Assembly (NCBI GenBank): GCA_963768655.1
Contig: CAVYIM010000003.1
Span: 288,001 to 352,000 of the forward strand
From: an uncultured Chloroflexia bacterium
GTDB lineage: Bacteria; Chloroflexota; Limnocylindria; Limnocylindrales; CSP1-4
Direction: 5' to 3'
Length of the DNA stretch: 64,000 nt
Below the pieces are notes generated by a model, which was given only the letters and a program-made list of their open reading frames with translations, was not told the origin of the DNA and ran no database searches. The position numbers and the translations under genes are program-made. Shown one piece after another: positions 59,271 to 64,000 of this stretch; the first letter of the stretch is position 1, and every line of letters begins with the position of its first letter.

Positions 59271-59990
59271 CTATAGAGCTGGCTCCTCATTCGGATGGCG
59301 AAGCGCCCGGATGACGTAGGCGACGGCGGTATCGAAGTCGTCGGGCAGGCATTCGGCGCGGTCCAAGAGATGGGTCAATCGGGGCGACGGCTCGACGAAC
59401 CAGGCGAACACGCGAGCCGGTTCCCACGCGCCGCGAAGGCCGTTGCAGGTGTCGCGTCCCCAGGCTGCCGACGTCCATTCGGTCACCGCCCATGTCCCGG
59501 CGCCGGGGTGGACGATGGCGACCATCGCGTCGCTTCGGGCGATGTCGGCGAGAATCCAGTCGTATCCCGCGAACGCGGGATGGTCGCATACGGCGAACCC
59601 GGCGGCCCGGAGCGCCCTTGCCCAGTCTGCGTCGCGAGCGCGTTCTCGCGTGATCGCAATCGCTCCCGCCCAGGAGATGAAGACCACGGTCGTCGCTCCG
59701 CCCTCGCGGCGTGCGTCCGAGATTGGGGGACCGGCGAGATCGACCGGCCGAGGCTCGTTCGGCTCCGGGCCGCCGTAGAGCCGCATGGCGGTGGCCTTGG
59801 CCATCTCTGGATCGTCGCCAACGAGCGCGGCCTCGTCGTCGGCGTTGATGAGCCCTGCCTTGCGCGCCCTGCTCGCGAGAATCCTCAGATCGCGCTCAAG
59901 TGAGACGATTCGATCGCGTATCCCCAAGACTTGCCGGTCTCGATCTCCCTCTGGCGCGACTGCAGGAAGCTCTTCAAATCCCTCAGCCAC
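59271..59990 (-). CDS. Hypothetical protein with C-terminal TIR/NDT-like domain (5' part possibly frameshifted)
   Basis: VVFISW...ALRAAGFAV...ILADIARSDAMVAIV...TWAVTEW. Confidence 0.55.
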   Translation of the reverse strand: MAEGFEELPAVAPEGDRDRQVLGIRDRIVSLERDLRILASRARKAGLINADDEAALVGDDPEMAKATAMRLYGGPEPNEPRPVDLAGPPISDARREGGATTVVFISWAGAIAITRERARDADWARALRAAGFAVCDHPAFAGYDWILADIARSDAMVAIVHPGAGTWAVTEWTSAAWGRDTCNGLRGAWEPARVFAWFVEPSPRLTHLLDRAECLPDDFDTAVAYVIRALRHPNEEPAL

Positions 59991-60428
59991 CCGTGGAAGA
60001 CCCCGGCGAACTCACGCGTGCTTTTGAACTCGTGCTTGAGATACCTGGCCCGACGTGCCCTGTCAGCTTCGCCGCTGGCTGGCCTGAACGAGCCATCAGT
60101 CTTGCGACCCAGCCGGGCTCTCAACCAATGGAGCGTAGCGTCGAGGAACACGCCGGGATCATCCGCCGCCGCGACGGCCTCCGCAAGGCGCGAGTGGATC
60201 CTGCCGGCGGCACCACACTGCGGCTCGGCGGCTCGGCCGACCGACCAGTACCGACCCGGGGGCTTGCCTCTCGGAGGGCATCGCCGCCACGACGACCACG
60301 CAATGTACTATCCCGCCTCGCGACGGCGCGGCGTATGCGACCGGGAAGCAGCTCGGCGGCAGATCGGCGCCGCCCGCGCATACTGTAGAGGCGTCCGATT
60401 GCTCGTCAGCAAGAGGTGGACCGTGGCA

Positions 60429-61139
60429 ATGTTCTGCTCACAGTGTGGCGCCGGCTTGGCTGGCGACGCCAGGTTCTGTGTCAGTTGCGGCGCCCCCGTC
60501 GTACCGCAGGTGGCACCCGCTTCCGGCGCCGCGGTTCTGCCTTCTTTCGTAGCTCCCGCACCGGCTCCTGGTGCCCCTGAACAGGCCGCTACCGGCCAGA
60601 CGTTCGTGCTCAACCAGAAGCTGATCTCGATGACCGGCGATCTATGGATCGACGATTCGAACGGGAACCACGCCTTCGAGGTGGACGGCAAGCTCCTGGC
60701 AGTCCGGCGCTCGCTGCTCCTCAAGGACACCTCGGGGCAGGAGCTCTACGAGATCAACAAGTCGCTCGCGCACGTTCACAAGACATTCGAGGTCAAGCAG
60801 CGCGACAAGGTCGTCGCGACGATCCAGAGAGCCCTGATGTCGTTTGGTGGCGAGCATTTCACGATCACCGCGGCCGACGGCGGGCAGATGAAGGTCACCG
60901 GCAACTGGGCGGGTCGCGAGTTCCATATCCAGAAGGACGGCACCGACGTGATCGTCGCCTCCCGCCAGTTCTTCAGCCTCCACGACGCCTACGGCATCCA
61001 GGTCGCACCGGGCTTCGATGCCCCGCTCGCTCTGGCGATCGTTGTTGCCCTGGAGCAGATCGAGAAGGAAGAGGGACACGAGTCGTCGCCGCTCGGCGGC
61101 ATGTTGGGCGGAGGTCTGGGCGGGATCCTCGGCGGCTAG
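60429..61139 (+). CDS. Zinc-ribbon + LURP-one/tubby-like (scramblase) protein
   Basis: FCSQCG...ARFCVSCG, then QKLISMTGD.WI.D..G..AFEVDGK...DAYGIQV. Confidence 0.88.
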   Translation: MFCSQCGAGLAGDARFCVSCGAPVVPQVAPASGAAVLPSFVAPAPAPGAPEQAATGQTFVLNQKLISMTGDLWIDDSNGNHAFEVDGKLLAVRRSLLLKDTSGQELYEINKSLAHVHKTFEVKQRDKVVATIQRALMSFGGEHFTITAADGGQMKVTGNWAGREFHIQKDGTDVIVASRQFFSLHDAYGIQVAPGFDAPLALAIVVALEQIEKEEGHESSPLGGMLGGGLGGILGG

Positions 61140-61545
61140 TTCAAAGGCCGCCAGCGCGACGCTGACGTCGCCGTCGACGCTGGAGCCGCAGGGGTTTGGG
61201 TAGGGTCACCTTGGCGTAGCCTCGCGAGGGGTCGGGCCTCAGCACCTCCGGGGTGTCCGGCACGCTGGAGCGCAGCCAGTGGAGCGCCGGGCGGCGGTCA
61301 AGCGCAGGGCTTTGTTCCCGTGGGTGGTGTCAAACGCAATCTCTGGCGGGCCCGAAAGACAGCAGGACTTACTGGCGTGGCATTCGATGCAGTCGCTCGG
61401 ACCAATCCCTTCGACAGCGTCGCCCTCCGGAATCGGACCATGCCGCAGGTCAGGGCGGCGTTCTTGCGGTCGCAGACGCTTCTTGTCAAGCGACGACTAT
61501 GCTTGGCCCAGTTCCACCCAACCAAGTACCGTGGAGGTACCTCCA

Positions 61546-62016
61546 ATGACCCAGTTGCTGGCAACAAGCCCGACGGAAGCAACGGCCGGAGTGGCCGAGC
61601 CCCTGCAGGCAACCCTCGTCGAGCTCATCGACCTCAGCCTGCAATCCAAGCAGGCCCACTGGAACGTCGTCGGCCCCGGCTTCCGGGGGATACATCTCTT
61701 CCTCGACGAGATAACCGACCAGGTCCGCGACTGGTACGACGAAGTGGCCGAGCGGCTCGCCGCGATCGGCGTCTCCCCTGACGGCCGCATCGCCAGCGTC
61801 GCCTCCGGCACGCCGCTGGCGCCGTTGCCCGCCGGTCAGATCGCAGACAAGGACGTGCTCGCGCTGCTCGACGCCCGCCTCAACCTCGTCGCCGATCGAG
61901 TGCGGGCGCGGCTCGACCCGGTCGGTGCTCAGGATCTGGCCAGTCAGGACATCCTGATCGGCATCGTGCAGGGGCTCGACAAACACGTCTGGATGCTTCG
62001 GGCTCTCCAGGCGTGA
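61546..62016 (+). CDS. dps: Dps / DNA starvation-stationary phase ferritin-like protein
   Basis: KQAHWNVVGPGFRGIHLFLDE, DEVAERL, DKHVWML; GGAGG SD. Confidence 0.96.
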   Translation: MTQLLATSPTEATAGVAEPLQATLVELIDLSLQSKQAHWNVVGPGFRGIHLFLDEITDQVRDWYDEVAERLAAIGVSPDGRIASVASGTPLAPLPAGQIADKDVLALLDARLNLVADRVRARLDPVGAQDLASQDILIGIVQGLDKHVWMLRALQA

Positions 62017-62029
62017 CCGACCGAAGTCA

Positions 62030-62656
62030 TTGACGGCCAGCCCGGGCTGTCGGGCAGTTGATGGCGACCTACTGCCGTCGACGGCAGGTCGTGCGTCGGC
62101 GGCGGGTCGTGCAGTGGCAACGACCATCGCACTCGGCCTCGTCGTCGCAGTCCGATGGCAGGTATTCCGCACCGGCGCACTCGACGGCGTAACTGAGGGC
62201 TTTCTCTTTGGAGTGGCCCTGCTCGGGCTCGCGTGGCTCGGATCGACCGCCGTGTCCAGGCCGCCGGCGGGAGCCATCGCCGCGGGTCTTGCGGCCGGCG
62301 GAGTGCTGGTGGCTCTGTCCCTCCTGGCTCGCTGGCCGCATCCACCCCTCGTGCCCGGCCCCGCCGCGGCGTTCGTGCCGTGGGTCGCGGCCACCACACT
62401 CGTGGCCACCGGCGAGGAGCTGGTTCTGCGCGGCACGCTGTGGCGGTGGGCTGCCGCGGCGGGTGGAGATGCGGCAGCCCTGATCGCGACGAGCATCCTC
62501 TTCGCGCTCATTCATATCCCGATCTACGGCACTGCCGTCGTCCCACTGGATTTCGGGGTCGGACTGCTGTTCGGCGGGCTCCGGCTGTGGTTCGGCGGCC
62601 CTGCCGCCCCGGCCGCCGCGCACGTCCTGGCGGATCTGGCGACGTGGTGGCTGTGA
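62030..62656 (+). CDS. CPBP (CAAX/Abi) intramembrane glutamic endopeptidase
   Basis: EELVLRG, FALIH, AAAH..AD. Confidence 0.88.
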   Translation: MTASPGCRAVDGDLLPSTAGRASAAGRAVATTIALGLVVAVRWQVFRTGALDGVTEGFLFGVALLGLAWLGSTAVSRPPAGAIAAGLAAGGVLVALSLLARWPHPPLVPGPAAAFVPWVAATTLVATGEELVLRGTLWRWAAAAGGDAAALIATSILFALIHIPIYGTAVVPLDFGVGLLFGGLRLWFGGPAAPAAAHVLADLATWWL

Positions 62657-63594
62657 CGAAGGATCGCCGGCTCGCAGTGGCCGCGCAGGTGTGTGGGCTG
62701 ATCGTCGTCGTGGCCGCTCAGCGCCTGGCGCCGATCGCCGGGCCGCCTCTCTACGATGGTGTGCCCCCCATCGGCCCCTACGAATGGCTCTCGCCGCCGC
62801 CGGGGCTCATGGGCGGCGCGCAATCAGCGCAGGAAACCGATGACGTGCAGGATGTCCAGGCCGGGTTGGCCATCGGCTCGCCCGAGCTGCCGCCCCAAAT
62901 TCAAATCCTCACCGACCCCGGATCCCTGGCGATACCGGACAGCACGACCTCGATCACGGTTTCGATCGACCCCGTGGCAGCACCTTCGGCCCAGCCATCG
63001 GACGGCGTCGTCGCGGGCAACGTCTACCGGATCTCAGTCACTGACCAAAGTGGCACGGTGATCAGCATGGACGCGGACGGAACAGCGACGCTCGTCATGC
63101 GTGGGCCGCCTGATCTGCGCTTGGCCTCGATCGAGATCTTTGCCGGCGGCAGCTGGACGAAGGTTCACACCGATCCGGCGGGCGTCCCGAACATGTTCAC
63201 CGCGAGCGTTTCAGGGTTTGGCGACTTCGCCCTGGTCGCGCCATCCGGCTGGGTACCCGCGGGAGAAAAGGCGGCGCGGGCGACGCCCACATTGGCAGCG
63301 CGGGCGACGCCCACATCGGCCAGTTCGGCCGCGTCGTTCACACCCGGTGCGCTGGCCGCGTCGGCTGCGCCCGCGACATCGGCCGCGGCGACGCCCGTCT
63401 CGTCGGAGGGACCGGCCACACCAGCCGCGTCCGAGGGGCCGACGTCGGTCGACACATCCGCCGGGAGTTCTGGCGAAGGGGGCTCGTCGTTGCCGCCGAT
63501 CGCCGTCATCGTCATTGCGCTACTTGTGATCGTCGCCGCCGTGATGGTCCTGCTGAGGCCGATCAAGCCGCCCGGCGATGGAGACGCGGAGTAG
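62653..63594 (+). CDS. Exported protein with Ser/Ala/Pro linker and C-terminal TM anchor
   Basis: PPLYDG..P..PY.W..PP, GNVYRISV; GTGA overlap with the CPBP gene. Confidence 0.8.
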   Translation: MTKDRRLAVAAQVCGLIVVVAAQRLAPIAGPPLYDGVPPIGPYEWLSPPPGLMGGAQSAQETDDVQDVQAGLAIGSPELPPQIQILTDPGSLAIPDSTTSITVSIDPVAAPSAQPSDGVVAGNVYRISVTDQSGTVISMDADGTATLVMRGPPDLRLASIEIFAGGSWTKVHTDPAGVPNMFTASVSGFGDFALVAPSGWVPAGEKAARATPTLAARATPTSASSAASFTPGALAASAAPATSAAATPVSSEGPATPAASEGPTSVDTSAGSSGEGGSSLPPIAVIVIALLVIVAAVMVLLRPIKPPGDGDAE

Positions 63595-63796
63595 TGCGGG
63601 ACCCACATGGCCAGCGAGGCCGACCAGCCAGGCTGCCCCGGCGCGGCGCCCGCAAATCTGCCGTCGGCCGCAACCGCAGTCTCGGTGGCCGACGCGGACG
63701 CCAGCGGCCGAGCGACTCCGGACGGTCAGTCGGGTAAAGTCGGGCGGCCCCGGAGTCGGCCACGACGGCCCGGCCCCAACTCACGAAGGGACGAGC

Positions 63797-64000
63797 GTGG
63801 ATTACGCGCAGGCCATCATCCTCGGGCTCATCCAGGGCGTCACAGAACTCTTCCCGGTCTCGAGTCTTGGCCACTCGGTCATCCTGCCCGCTCTGCTGGG
63901 CTGGAACAACGTCGTCGCGGCACAGTCGGCGCCGGAGTCGTTCTTCCTCGCCTTCCTGGTCGGCCTTCATGTCGCCACCGCCCTGGCCCTGGCCGTCTTC
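63797..64000 (+). CDS. uppP: Undecaprenyl-diphosphate phosphatase (partial, runs off the window)
   Basis: MDYAQAIILGLIQGVTELFPVSSLGHS...FLVGLHVATALA. Confidence 0.93.
   Translation, partial: MDYAQAIILGLIQGVTELFPVSSLGHSVILPALLGWNNVVAAQSAPESFFLAFLVGLHVATALALAVF

Overview
A 64-kb window of high-GC bacterial DNA (roughly 68-70% GC by eye). The gene style suggests Chloroflexota, possibly Limnocylindria-like, but this is inference. The left ~6 kb is a decayed mobile-DNA hotspot: a kelch lipoprotein running off the edge, a dead tyrosine-recombinase fragment, small orphan ORFs, and an intact IS256 (TIRs plus 8-bp TSD) inserted into an IS5-type transposase remnant. From ~6 to 29 kb lie mostly exported or surface proteins (Pro/Thr-repeat protein, HNH-like lipoprotein, phosphoesterase, 14-repeat RCC1 protein, DUF5666, DipZ, metzincin-FN3 peptidase). 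That stretch also holds an AadA-like nucleotidyltransferase, a tandem paralog pair, and an aromatic amino-acid lyase with Ala-Cys-Gly at the MIO site. From ~29 to 47 kb is core-like: galU, a PknB-like PASTA protein lacking nearly all catalytic kinase motifs, folC-folP-folB, a regulator-kinase-htrA operon, rplY, MFS, and TetR-ABC. From 47 to 57 kb are an isolated group-3b-type NiFe-hydrogenase large subunit and its maturation protease, each followed by a paralogous multi-TM protein, then LigC/Prim-PolC, MarR/YceI and AIM24. At 58-60 kb is a tRNA-Thr(CGT) with a divergent 5'-half relic upstream, a 52-bp 3' duplication enclosing a ~1-kb integrase-less islet, and a TIR-like ORF. The window ends with a LURP-one protein, dps, a CPBP protease and partial uppP. 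The most unusual signals are the PASTA pseudokinase, a two-copy REPIN/attC-like double-dyad element, the three-part tRNA-Thr locus, the orphan hydrogenase locus and the Cys-MIO lyase. No CRISPR array or rRNA was seen. All family calls are from motif recognition only; no database search was run.
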